From a virus (lineage: Duplodnaviria > Caudoviricetes), in the IMG/VR virus record IMGVR_UViG_3300031741_000017, positions 1 through 26,366 of that record: 26,366 bases of DNA; one strand, 5' to 3'. Shown piece by piece: positions 10,101 through 18,557 of this stretch. A program made the position numbers and the translations under genes. The notes beneath the pieces were generated by a model, which ran no database searches, was not told the origin of the DNA, and was given only the letters and a program-made list of their open reading frames with translations. Numbering within the stretch: position 1 is the first letter of the stretch; the number at the start of each line of letters is the position of its first letter.

Positions 10101-12213
10101 ACTAACCAATCAAGAAGAAATTGAGAGACGTTTCTTAGCATACAAGGCAGAAGGTAAAACCTATGGTTCTGCAAAGTTGTTTGAAAGAGTATTAGAAGAT
10201 ATAAAAAGAGTTAAAGCTCTAGGTCAAAAAGCTAGTAATGAAAAAGAGTTTGATAAACTAGTTAATGAAAGCAAGAGTGTTGACTTAGCTATTCAACAAA
10301 TAGAAAAATCTTTTGCTGATTCTGATAAAGTAAGTACTAAGATATATAATAAGATTCTAAATAGTTCTGGTAACTGGGAGAGTGATCTAACTGCTTTAGG
10401 CGGTAAAAAATTAATGGAAGAATTTTCCGTATTAAACGAACAGAAGCACGAGTTTAACGGTGTTTCAAGAAATTCTAATAAAATAGTTGATGAAATTGCA
10501 GAAACAATAGAAGGAAATAGAGAAGACGCTCTTAAGAAAATAAAAGATATGGGAACTAATGAACATGAATTAATAAGCAACGTTAGAAAAGGTAAGCCAA
10601 GACAATTATCAACACTAGACTTAGTTGATATATATAACTCAATTAAGAATAAAAAAATAGCTAATGATTACTATAATATCTATGGTAAAGATCAAATTGA
10701 TGCACTAATTGGAAACTTAACAGAAGAAGAAAAGACAATAGGAAATATTTTAAGAAATACCGTACAAGACTATTATAAAAAAGTAAATCAAATATTTATT
10801 GAAATATATAATAGAGATATGCCATTTAATGAGGATTATTGGGTATCATCTTCTGAACATCAAAGTATAAGAGATTTATTCGATGACTTCTATACTCAAT
10901 CAAATAATCCTTCTTTTATTAAATCAAGAGAAGAATCAAGAGAGCCTATTCCAAAGAATGCTTACAATAAAGCGATGAAATACATGGCCCAAGCTGAATA
11001 CTATATTAATATGAGTTTGAAGTTCAAGAAAATAGAAAAGACATTTAAAGACCTGGATGTTAAGAAAGCAATAAAAGATTACAGAGGAGAAGACTTTTAT
11101 AATAGCTTTATAAAACAAACCGAAAACTTTTCACTAAATAGATTAGAAAAAAATCAAACATCTGTTGATAAATTTATTGATGGGGCTTTAGGTGGATTCG
11201 TAACTGCAAAAATAGCCATGAATCCTATAGTTTTCGTTAAACAATTGGGTTCTTTAGTAAACTATACAGAAAATATGCCAACTGCAAACTGGTTAGCTGG
11301 ATTTACAAAAGCTGTTATTCGTCCTAAAAAGACTTTTGACTTTGTTTGGAAAAATTCAGAATATATTAGAAACAGATATAATAATGGTTACAGTGAAGCG
11401 TTACAAAGTGCTTTAAATGGAGTAAACAACCTACCAAAAACAAAATCTTCTTTAGGTAAGTTAAAAACATTCCTAACAATGCCAACAAGAATTGGAGATG
11501 TTGGAGCTATTATATATGGTGGATACCCTTTGATTAAACATTATCAAAAACAGGGAATGAGTTTAAAAGAAGCTATCAATAAATTTGAAAATGTTTCTTT
11601 ACGTTCACAACAATCACATTTCTCTAGCACTCTTTCAACTTGGCAGAATAGTAAAAATCCTTTAGCTAGAGCAATGTTCGCATTCTCGAATACTGGATCT
11701 CAATATATGAGAAAGTTTTACGATTCAACAATTAATTATATGAATGGAGATATAAGTAAAGCTGAATTAGGAAAGACTTATGCTATATATGGAGTGATAA
11801 ACCCTTTAATCTATACATGGATAGGAGCAGGATTAGGAAAAGCAATAATGAATACTACACCTGATCTTGAGGATAAAACAAAAGAATCAATTATAATGAT
11901 GCTTAATTCTCCTTTAGCTGGTTTACCTCTTATAAAGGACTTTGTAGATGTTTCTCTAAGAGGAGCAAGCGGACTTTATATATATGACTACGATGTTCCA
12001 CCTTTAAGTGATTTAATGGACTTAGCAGAAGATTTTTCTACTGGGGACTGGATAGACTCTTTAAAGACTCTAGGAGAGTTGTCAATTGGTTTACCTATAA
12101 AGAACTACGAAAAAATAATAGAAAGAAACTTTACTAAAAAAAGAAAGCAAGACAGAAGAAATAGAAAGACAGAAAGAAAAAATAAGAAATTTATTGATAG
12201 TTTGACAAATTAG
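7105..12213 (+). CDS. giant ejection / polyvalent protein with ADP-ribosyltransferase-like domain (about 8630-9260) and zincin metallopeptidase domain (about 9270-9660)
   Basis: FKEWF..SKVVD..G.PLVVYHGT, GIFFT...A..Y, YISLKNP, DGVII, VFNPNQIKS (ART of polyvalent proteins); ADPSTIFHEAGH ... EKMARAFESYLMEG.AP ... LKQWL..IY (MPTase); gp16-equivalent position. Confidence 0.82.
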   Translation: MDKTVELPQGFTVEEQSYKDLPQGFEIDNSFNSPQLQGINNAEFKTSDEVPEINNNDWLGQVATPEKINEWKSKGEIGMIEAYERLDKWEMIPYLNAKTVPEDLRIVKLMGRASNNEDLTDQERSDLTEFINDYSEIQARGYTLGGKITNAGLQTLPYMVETGVALATIGISAGATVAKTGAKAGVKASVKAGAKAIAKKSPKYVAGTTVLMLPQTARNYAQRKINNSIGITDKGQVYIQDAIEKPATTLMKAYFDTQIETATEAFGGMAIRPITGRISKTIGKATPKLIKEGLDKLGRTTIGKGVGGLIARRDKIGFNGFLEEMGEERISDLLKTTFDLDQEEGYSFEQYGKAIFPGWENLLVEAGVIGIQGAGSNVAMTLAGKLKSKGVTDNDILNINETTSELEKEKMLERFTTQEKGGLDQFLTVPENKKAFEQVRTKVLDQVKESVPQEQAEVFADLVSANAFAMSNVYGESITEYADKTLPSVESEVNKEILFEDKEVYNQKGIVKTESPQFKEWFRDSKVVDKKGGPLVVYHGTDSKFDTFDLSKLGFSTDSKSAKKGIFFTSDRDVAESYSKFSVQGAVIDRHIKLVYELERAGKFDEASRLNEETERLEQTLLSEEAKGEIVESYISLKNPIIFNAKESRFNDIRDKLNDTLDTAKKSGNDGVIIKDLIDSADFYDNIVSDHFIVFNPNQIKSVDNKGTFSKTDDNIYNQDIKGQINLTNNKIKLFESADPSTIFHEAGHLFINELQKSVQRTGNPKAIQDWNTLKDTYGFTENSTREQNRDSVEKMARAFESYLMEGTAPTTALSRAFSRLKQWLSKIYKSVNTLGVEIDDNVREVFNSLLGGKDVRTQISDEWNSLVEETRNLKDSDNIGRLKARLTFNIEKSRLKINDKLRFISNVNSTMNLNTLKNAVRTIDSQINKAIESLQKEEFDIKIQKELRTTKNTTDKGISAGKYDYNTNKFFTNLRELNKLNQKEASQELKVYSLENEILTNQEEIERRFLAYKAEGKTYGSAKLFERVLEDIKRVKALGQKASNEKEFDKLVNESKSVDLAIQQIEKSFADSDKVSTKIYNKILNSSGNWESDLTALGGKKLMEEFSVLNEQKHEFNGVSRNSNKIVDEIAETIEGNREDALKKIKDMGTNEHELISNVRKGKPRQLSTLDLVDIYNSIKNKKIANDYYNIYGKDQIDALIGNLTEEEKTIGNILRNTVQDYYKKVNQIFIEIYNRDMPFNEDYWVSSSEHQSIRDLFDDFYTQSNNPSFIKSREESREPIPKNAYNKAMKYMAQAEYYINMSLKFKKIEKTFKDLDVKKAIKDYRGEDFYNSFIKQTENFSLNRLEKNQTSVDKFIDGALGGFVTAKIAMNPIVFVKQLGSLVNYTENMPTANWLAGFTKAVIRPKKTFDFVWKNSEYIRNRYNNGYSEALQSALNGVNNLPKTKSSLGKLKTFLTMPTRIGDVGAIIYGGYPLIKHYQKQGMSLKEAINKFENVSLRSQQSHFSSTLSTWQNSKNPLARAMFAFSNTGSQYMRKFYDSTINYMNGDISKAELGKTYAIYGVINPLIYTWIGAGLGKAIMNTTPDLEDKTKESIIMMLNSPLAGLPLIKDFVDVSLRGASGLYIYDYDVPPLSDLMDLAEDFSTGDWIDSLKTLGELSIGLPIKNYEKIIERNFTKKRKQDRRNRKTERKNKKFIDSLTN

Positions 12214-12229
12214 TTATATAATATATTAT
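12202..12229 (+). promoter_or_regulatory. putative sigma70 promoter upstream of first tail fibre gene
   Basis: TTGACA (12202-12207), 16 nt, TATTAT (12224-12229), at the start of the only long intergenic gap of the tail region. Confidence 0.5.
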
Positions 12230-12294
12230 ATACACATAGCGGAAACAGTATTGTCATACTATCGCAATTATTGATATAAAAAATTACAAATGTT

Positions 12295-13542
12295 ATGACA
12301 ATACCAACAACCGCTTCAACAGTTATATACGATGGAAACGATAGTGTAACAACTTTTGCTTTTACATGGAAAATACAATTATCAACAGATATAAAAGTAG
12401 TTTTAATAGACGCAAATGATGCTAACACTGATGTAAGTTCTAGCGAATATACAATAACAGGTATTGGAGATATTTCAGGTGGATCAATAGAATATCCTGT
12501 ATCTGGAAGTCCTTTAGCAACTGGAATGAGATTAGCTATAACACCAGCAACATTATTTACCCAAGAAACAGATTTGGGAAATCAAGGATCTTATTATCCA
12601 GAAACAATAGAAGATATGGTTGATAGAACAACCTTACAAATTCAAAAAATTAATGATGAAACAGATAGAACTTTTATAATTCCAATAGGAGTATCACCAG
12701 TAACAACACCAGAAGAATTATATAACAACATTCTAACTTCTGAAAGTGCTTGTGAAGCATACGCAAATGAAACTGAAGGATATAGAGATGAAGTTGTTGT
12801 AAACAATTATTATCCTTATGCTGTAGATAGTTCGGCCGCAGCAAATACAATAACGGTCACGAATACAACACCACTAGTAGCTTATACTGAAGGTCAAAAG
12901 ATAAAAGTAAAAATGGCTAATACTGTAACAGGAGCAACTGTAATTAATATAGACGCTCTTGGAGATAAAGCAGTTCAATTTTCAGGATCAGCACTAATAA
13001 CAAACCAATTAACAGCAGGATTAGTTTATGAATTTTGTTATGACGGAACACAATTTCAAGTAAGCGGTTCTATAAGTGTTTTTGATGCAATTACTGGAAC
13101 AACCATTACTGGAACAACTTTTGTTGGATTGCCAGTAGCTTCAACAATATTAGCAGGAATATCTAAATTAATTACTAACGCAGAAATATTAGTTGGCACA
13201 GATTCATCTAGAGCTATTACTACTTCAGCATTAAAATCTTTGATTGGAGGTACTTCAAGAGCAGGAGATGGTTATGCGAAATTACTTGTAGGAATAGGTA
13301 CAGGTTTTGGTGAGTTAATTATTCAATGGGGTACTGAAAATGTAAATGCTGGATCTACTAAAACATTTACATTACCTTACTCATTTTCCACGATAGGTTT
13401 AAACCATGGATCATCTTATAATGATAATGCAACTGCAGGAGGATCACCTTGTGGTAGTTATAATTTAACAACAACACAACTAAGTTTAGCTAATGCTCAA
13501 GGTTCTGCGGAAAATATTAATTGGTATGCAATAGGTTATTAA
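12295..13542 (+). CDS. tail fibre protein 1 (T7 gp17-type N-terminal anchor; gp53-like C-terminal domain)
   Basis: N-terminal YDGNDSVTTFAFTW, GGSIEY, PETIEDMVDRTT; C-terminal LIIQWG...TFTLPYSF...WYAIGY. Confidence 0.85.
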   Translation: MTIPTTASTVIYDGNDSVTTFAFTWKIQLSTDIKVVLIDANDANTDVSSSEYTITGIGDISGGSIEYPVSGSPLATGMRLAITPATLFTQETDLGNQGSYYPETIEDMVDRTTLQIQKINDETDRTFIIPIGVSPVTTPEELYNNILTSESACEAYANETEGYRDEVVVNNYYPYAVDSSAAANTITVTNTTPLVAYTEGQKIKVKMANTVTGATVINIDALGDKAVQFSGSALITNQLTAGLVYEFCYDGTQFQVSGSISVFDAITGTTITGTTFVGLPVASTILAGISKLITNAEILVGTDSSRAITTSALKSLIGGTSRAGDGYAKLLVGIGTGFGELIIQWGTENVNAGSTKTFTLPYSFSTIGLNHGSSYNDNATAGGSPCGSYNLTTTQLSLANAQGSAENINWYAIGY

Positions 13543-13562
13543 CAAATAATAAATATAAGAAA

Positions 13563-13964
13563 ATGAAAATATATTATAAAAAAGAAAACGGACAATTTGT
13601 AGGTGCTGGTAATATCTCAAAAAAATTATCTGTAGATTCTGAAATTGAATCAAAAGAGTTTGATACTTGGTCATCTTTTAGAAAAGAAAACTCTGATAAA
13701 GATTTATTTGTTATAAACGGAGAATTAGTAGCTAAAGAACGTCCTATACAAATAGAAGATGTTAGAAAAATAATAATATCAATATCTAGATTATATTTGA
13801 ATAATACTGATTGGTATGAATTAAGATATTTGAGAAATGGTAAAGATATTCCTGGGAATATAGCTCAAAATAGAGAAGATGCTATTTTAAATATTAATTT
13901 AGCTCAAGATGCTATTACTTTAGAAGAACTTAATAATATTAATATTAATTACGAGGATAAATAA
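13563..13964 (+). CDS. putative tail fibre assembly/chaperone protein
   Basis: Likely start ATG 13563 (MKIYYKKENG), in frame with 13521..13964; YLNNTDWY...R...G..IP motif is typical of small genes after fibres. Confidence 0.62.
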   Translation: MKIYYKKENGQFVGAGNISKKLSVDSEIESKEFDTWSSFRKENSDKDLFVINGELVAKERPIQIEDVRKIIISISRLYLNNTDWYELRYLRNGKDIPGNIAQNREDAILNINLAQDAITLEELNNININYEDK

Positions 13965-13965
13965 A

Positions 13966-14238
13966 ATGCTAGTAGTATTAGACACAGTATATCCAGTTTT
14001 GGATACACCAGAAAATGTAAGAGGAACTCCAAGTTTTGAGTTTCCAGCAGATACATTAAATATATACGTATCAAATAAAGTAGCAAAGCCTGCAAATGCA
14101 GCTGCTATGACACTTGATGATTCAAGCCCTTATACAGCTGGAATATATGGAAGAAATAAAAGAGCAAGATGGATTTTATTCAGTGCTGCAGTGGGAAATC
14201 CAGTTGTAAACGAGTTCGGAATTATTAAACTAACATAA
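13966..14238 (+). CDS. small hypothetical (probably virion) protein
   Basis: 90-aa ORF with GAGGA SD, tightly packed between fibre genes. Confidence 0.55.
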   Translation: MLVVLDTVYPVLDTPENVRGTPSFEFPADTLNIYVSNKVAKPANAAAMTLDDSSPYTAGIYGRNKRARWILFSAAVGNPVVNEFGIIKLT

Positions 14239-14247
14239 AAAATAATT

Positions 14248-16884
14248 ATGTCATTAACAGGAAAAAACGCAAATGAATTTTACGCAAAAACAAGCGTAAC
14301 TGGATTAACAGAAAAGAAAGTTGATTTAGCTTTAGGAGAATTAAGAACTATAGCAACAAAAGCAATTGATTATAAAGGAACTTGGGATGCTACTGCTAAT
14401 ACACCAACTTTAGCAAGTGGAGTAGGTAATCAGGGAGATTATTATGTAGTTTCTGTGGAAGGTACGACTACCTTAGATGGTATATCAGACTGGTACGTAG
14501 GTGACTGGGCTGTATTCAATGGTACTGTTTGGGAACAAGTCGACAATAGTGAAATATTTGTTCAAGACGGTACTGATGTAAAAACAGTAGATCCTGCTTT
14601 AAACATAGATTTACAAGACGGTGGTTTAAAAGACACTAACGTTACAACAGCGGTCAAATTCGGATCTGTTACACAAACAAGTTTAGATACAACAGATAAA
14701 ACTTTATTAGGTGGTATTAATGAGTTGTATTTAAATAAGGCAATAACTAAAGAATCGACAGGTTTTACAGATCCAGGTGATGTTATAGTTACAGGAAATG
14801 CAGATAGAACCGTTACTTTAACAGGAACAGTTAATGCTTATTATAGAGGAATACTTAATACAGATTTAGTTACTGGTTATATTTCACCTGTTCATGACAA
14901 TACAATTACAAAATCGTATGTTTTATTATATGATGGTTCAACCATTTCTTGGGTTGATGTATCTACTCTTGGTGAAGATTTCTTTTCTGATTTATTAATT
15001 GCAATTGCTTTTTATAATTCTACAGATTCAGAATGGTCTTATGTAAGAGAATGTCATGGACTTGAACCTTGGCAAACTCATAAAAACTTACACGATACAG
15101 TCGGAACTTATAGAAAGAGTGGAGGAACTTTTTCTGGTTATACTTTGGCAAGCACAACAGCTGCTGATAGAAGACCTTTAATAAGTGAAGCTTTGATTTA
15201 TGATGAAGATTTACCAAGCACAATTCCAGAACTAGCAACTGAAACTTATACACAGTTTTATTTGAATGGTGCTGCTGGAGAATTAAACTTTATTGATGCG
15301 GCAGATGATATCGTTCCTTTAAATACTGCAAATCCATATTATAACCAGTTTACTGGTGGAGCATGGCAACAAACCTTAATGTCTAATAATTATTATATGG
15401 CAGTATGGACTCTTATGTTACCTTCTGCTTTAGGAGCAAGTAGTCAAAAATTAAGACACTTATTTGTTCAAGGGCAACAAATTAGTTCTAGTCTTGCTGA
15501 TATACAAGCGTTAACTCCAAGTGATGTTAACCTTGGATTATTAAATAGTTCAACACCTGAACTTGTATTTACTACAAAAACTATACTTAGATATTTAGGT
15601 GGAAACTGGACTTTAATAGAAGTTAATGATTTGACTGGAACTAAACTAAGTCAATCACAAAGTCCAACTGGCAATTATTTATCAAGTGTAAGCACAGATG
15701 TTTCATTAACTGGGACTGGTGTTACTGGAGATTCTTTAGGAATTGATCTAACAAACTCAAATACATTTACAGCAGATCAGAGTTTAGGAAATGCAGGAGC
15801 TAGTACAAATTCTTATAAAAAGATATTTGTTGCTGATAATTCAGGTACATTACAATATTCAAGTATTCAAGGTATCTTCGGAGCTGATCCTTATTTAAGA
15901 ATATCTGCTCCTCATGAAACAGGTGGTGCGGAAACACCAGTTGTAGATATACATAGAACCAAAATAGCAATGGTTACTGACAGTTTAGTTGATTTAGGAG
16001 CAACTGCTTCTGGAAGATTGAAAGATATTTTCATATCGGGAAGATTTACAGGTGCTTCTTTATCTTCTGCGGCAGCAACAGCTTTATCCTTATATATGGG
16101 GGCTACTTTAGGGTATCAAATAGAAACCACTGGTAGTCAAAACGTTTATATACCTAATGCAGGCACTTACACAATTAATGCAACAGATGCTGGTGTTTTA
16201 CAAGTAACTAACGGAACAGTTTCTGGTCAAATATCTGTCACAAATTCTTCTGGTGGATTTGTACGTATAGGTTCAAATTCTGCAAAGAATGTTGTTTATG
16301 GGGCTAATAGTGGAAACCACATGACTATAAATACAGCAGGTAATATCTTAATTGGAGATTTCGGTAATGCTGAAACTAAACTCGAGTTGCAAGCTACTGC
16401 TCCTCATTTCACTAGACATAACACTACAGAAACAAATGATTTAGATGGACGTGCTATTTATGATGCTTATAGAATGGAAAAGGCAGACACTTCTCAATTT
16501 ATAGGTGCAAAATGGATATACGCTCACGAAACAGATGGAGACGATGATCAAACAACGTATGCTAAATTATATTTAAACACTGGATCACAAAATGAAAGTC
16601 CTTCGGAAGCATTGGGGATAAGCAGTTCAGGAAACATGATTTTTAATGCCGCAGTTGAAAACGGTAATTTAACCCATGGCATTATAATGAAGAACGGCAC
16701 TGCTGCAAGTGCTGCTGTAATAGATGGAATACAGATACATGCAGAAGATACTTCTGATTCAACTTCTTCTTTAGCTCTTTATCTTGAGCAAGCTGTAGAA
16801 GATGTAGGAACTTTCACCGCTACAAAGAAGATAAAAATAATGATTAACTCAGTTGAATATTGGATTCAATTAGACGCAGTATAA
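14248..16884 (+). CDS. tail fibre/spike-like protein 2
   Basis: 878 aa, Gly/Thr/Ser-rich; YKGTWDATANTPTL...GDYYVV...WYVGDW...W motif; GNILIG...KLEL fibre-type repeat near the C-terminus. Confidence 0.7.
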   Translation: MSLTGKNANEFYAKTSVTGLTEKKVDLALGELRTIATKAIDYKGTWDATANTPTLASGVGNQGDYYVVSVEGTTTLDGISDWYVGDWAVFNGTVWEQVDNSEIFVQDGTDVKTVDPALNIDLQDGGLKDTNVTTAVKFGSVTQTSLDTTDKTLLGGINELYLNKAITKESTGFTDPGDVIVTGNADRTVTLTGTVNAYYRGILNTDLVTGYISPVHDNTITKSYVLLYDGSTISWVDVSTLGEDFFSDLLIAIAFYNSTDSEWSYVRECHGLEPWQTHKNLHDTVGTYRKSGGTFSGYTLASTTAADRRPLISEALIYDEDLPSTIPELATETYTQFYLNGAAGELNFIDAADDIVPLNTANPYYNQFTGGAWQQTLMSNNYYMAVWTLMLPSALGASSQKLRHLFVQGQQISSSLADIQALTPSDVNLGLLNSSTPELVFTTKTILRYLGGNWTLIEVNDLTGTKLSQSQSPTGNYLSSVSTDVSLTGTGVTGDSLGIDLTNSNTFTADQSLGNAGASTNSYKKIFVADNSGTLQYSSIQGIFGADPYLRISAPHETGGAETPVVDIHRTKIAMVTDSLVDLGATASGRLKDIFISGRFTGASLSSAAATALSLYMGATLGYQIETTGSQNVYIPNAGTYTINATDAGVLQVTNGTVSGQISVTNSSGGFVRIGSNSAKNVVYGANSGNHMTINTAGNILIGDFGNAETKLELQATAPHFTRHNTTETNDLDGRAIYDAYRMEKADTSQFIGAKWIYAHETDGDDDQTTYAKLYLNTGSQNESPSEALGISSSGNMIFNAAVENGNLTHGIIMKNGTAASAAVIDGIQIHAEDTSDSTSSLALYLEQAVEDVGTFTATKKIKIMINSVEYWIQLDAV

Positions 16885-16917
16885 ATATTAATAATTAACT
16901 AAAAAAAGGAGTCTTAA

Positions 16918-17139
16918 ATGACAATAGAAATTAAAAACGGAAGAGTTATAAAAAAAATAATTATTCCTTCTTCTGAACAAAACGATTGTATTTCTTCTAT
17001 TAATCTAAAAGCTAGAAAAGCAATTAAATTAAGCGAGATAGCAGAAATAGAAGCTGAATTACCAGAAGTGGAAGCTAAAGAAGCAGAACTTGCGGTTATA
17101 GTTGCGGCAGCTATTGAAGAAAAAGAAGCATCAAAATAA
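16918..17139 (+). CDS. small coiled-coil hypothetical protein (possible fibre chaperone)
   Basis: GGGAG SD; acidic helical C-terminal half; follows fibre 2. Confidence 0.55.
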   Translation: MTIEIKNGRVIKKIIIPSSEQNDCISSINLKARKAIKLSEIAEIEAELPEVEAKEAELAVIVAAAIEEKEASK

Positions 17140-17149
17140 GTATAATAAA

Positions 17150-17758
17150 ATGCAGTATATGGATTTTTACAAAGTAATAGGTGCTGTTGTAGGTTTATTT
17201 ACCTTGTACTTTAGTATAGGCAAGGTAAATAAACAGAAGAAGGATAAACTAAAACTATTAAAAGAAAAAACTAAAAAAGAAGTTACTGAAGATTTACAAG
17301 AACAACAAACTATAATAGATATGAAAGCTAAGATATTGGACATTTCCAAACAAATAAAAGAGGGTGAATTAAAAGCTGAAAAAAGAAATAATGAAATAAA
17401 AATTCAAACTGAAAAAGACAGGAAAGAAAATGAAATAAGAAAAAAAAGAAGTGATAATGTATACAAAGAATGTAATCACAAATTTGACAAACTTGAAGAA
17501 CACATTTCAGAACAAGAAATTCAAAATGCTAAACAAGAATCTCATAATAAACTAATGGAAGAAAGACAATTAACCCATGACAAACTAATGGAAGAAAGAC
17601 AAGAAAATGCTGAAAAATTAGTAAACGAAAAATTTGATAGAGTTTTGGAATCTATATCCGATTTAAAAACTCAAAACAAAACAGAGCATTTACATAAAAT
17701 TAAAAATATGAAATCAATTGTTAAGATGATTGAGGATAATAAAAAAGTTTTTAAGTAG
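17150..17758 (+). CDS. membrane-anchored coiled-coil protein (possible lysis-related)
   Basis: Likely start ATG 17150 or 17159; single hydrophobic segment VIGAVVGLFTLYFSIG then a long charged coiled coil. Confidence 0.55.
   Translation: MQYMDFYKVIGAVVGLFTLYFSIGKVNKQKKDKLKLLKEKTKKEVTEDLQEQQTIIDMKAKILDISKQIKEGELKAEKRNNEIKIQTEKDRKENEIRKKRSDNVYKECNHKFDKLEEHISEQEIQNAKQESHNKLMEERQLTHDKLMEERQENAEKLVNEKFDRVLESISDLKTQNKTEHLHKIKNMKSIVKMIEDNKKVFK
17543..17602 (+). repeat. 33-bp-period in-frame duplication
   Basis: AAACTAATGGAAGAAAGACAA exact at 17549-17569 and 17582-17602 (H-x-KLMEERQ twice). Confidence 0.9.
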
Positions 17759-18074
17759 AATATTTTTTCACGTAATGTAGTTTTATATAGTACAAAATAA
17801 CTAATAAACAACAGAAAAACAACATTAAATACGTTTTTGTATCTGTAAAATAAATTATATAAAAGTACTGTCTCAATAAACACATGTAACAAGTGTCTAT
17901 TGATATATCATTTGATGATTTTGTTTTTATGATCTTTAATATCTGGGGTATTTCAGAGATTAAAGAAATAAAGTTACCAATAACACAAGCTAATATTGCA
18001 CATAAATTAATATTAAAAAATGCAACTATAGCTAATAATAAATATGAGATGTAAAAGTAATATTTGATTTTCAT
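17751..18074 (-). CDS. PQ-loop / SemiSWEET-like small membrane transporter
   Basis: IGNFISLISEIPQILKIIKTKSSNDIS matches the SemiSWEET PQ..K..KTK...D-[IL]-S signature; 3-4 hydrophobic helices; fills a gap with no plus-strand ORF. Confidence 0.78.
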   Translation of the reverse strand: MKIKYYFYISYLLLAIVAFFNINLCAILACVIGNFISLISEIPQILKIIKTKSSNDISIDTCYMCLLRQYFYIIYFTDTKTYLMLFFCCLLVILYYIKLHYVKKYST

Positions 18075-18118
18075 AGGGATTTATTTTAATATAATAATAA
18101 TAACAAAACAACAAAAAA

Positions 18119-18355
18119 ATGACTAAAATAGGAAACAAACTGTTACAAGATTCAAAAGGGAATTTATCTAGCACAAGAGTTATTGTTTATATAGTAACTG
18201 CTTTTGTATTATGTATATCTGTCTATTCAATAAAGACAGGTAATGACCTTGGAGTTAATGTTTCAGAATTATTAAGATCATTAATGATGATCTTTTATCC
18301 TTCTGCTTTTGGTAAAATGGCAGTAGAATTTTTAGGAGGAAAAAATGATAAGTAA
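18119..18355 (+). CDS. putative holin (2 TM)
   Basis: DSKGNLSSTRV motif followed by two hydrophobic segments; precedes spanins and endolysin. Confidence 0.62.
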   Translation: MTKIGNKLLQDSKGNLSSTRVIVYIVTAFVLCISVYSIKTGNDLGVNVSELLRSLMMIFYPSAFGKMAVEFLGGKNDK

Positions 18356-18557
18356 ATTTAAATTAATCGGAGCTTCTGTTATTTCAGTATTAGTGGTAAT
18401 TAAGTATTTCTTTGTAAAAGGAAAGAAAGCTGGAAAAAAGGAAAAAGAATTACAAGTTTTAAAAAATAATAATAAAAAAAGAAATGCAATTAAAAAATCT
18501 TATAAAATTAACAGTACTTCTGATTTGCATAACAGGTTGCGTAAGAACAAATTTTAG
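18345..18557 (+). CDS. putative inner-membrane spanin (Rz-like)
   Basis: N-terminal TM, basic helical tail, overlaps a downstream lipoprotein gene in another frame; AGGAGG SD. Confidence 0.7.
   Translation: MISKFKLIGASVISVLVVIKYFFVKGKKAGKKEKELQVLKNNNKKRNAIKKSYKINSTSDLHNRLRKNKF

Noticed and set aside
13090-13118. ATTACTGGAACAAC repeated with a 15-bp period (ITGTT twice) in fibre 1
   Set aside because: Short low-complexity fibre repeat; no inverted partner or recombinase to suggest tail switching.
1121-15253. Minus-strand ORFs in the track (1121, 2500, 5175, 5380, 8139, 9588, 10293, 10936, 12210, 13486, 15020)
   Set aside because: Antisense shadows of well-supported plus-strand genes; Ser/Leu/Phe-rich composition with no motifs.
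17167-17892. Minus-strand ORFs 17167..17349 and 17671..17892
   Set aside because: The first shadows the coiled-coil gene; the second overlaps the PQ-loop gene in another frame and has no motif.
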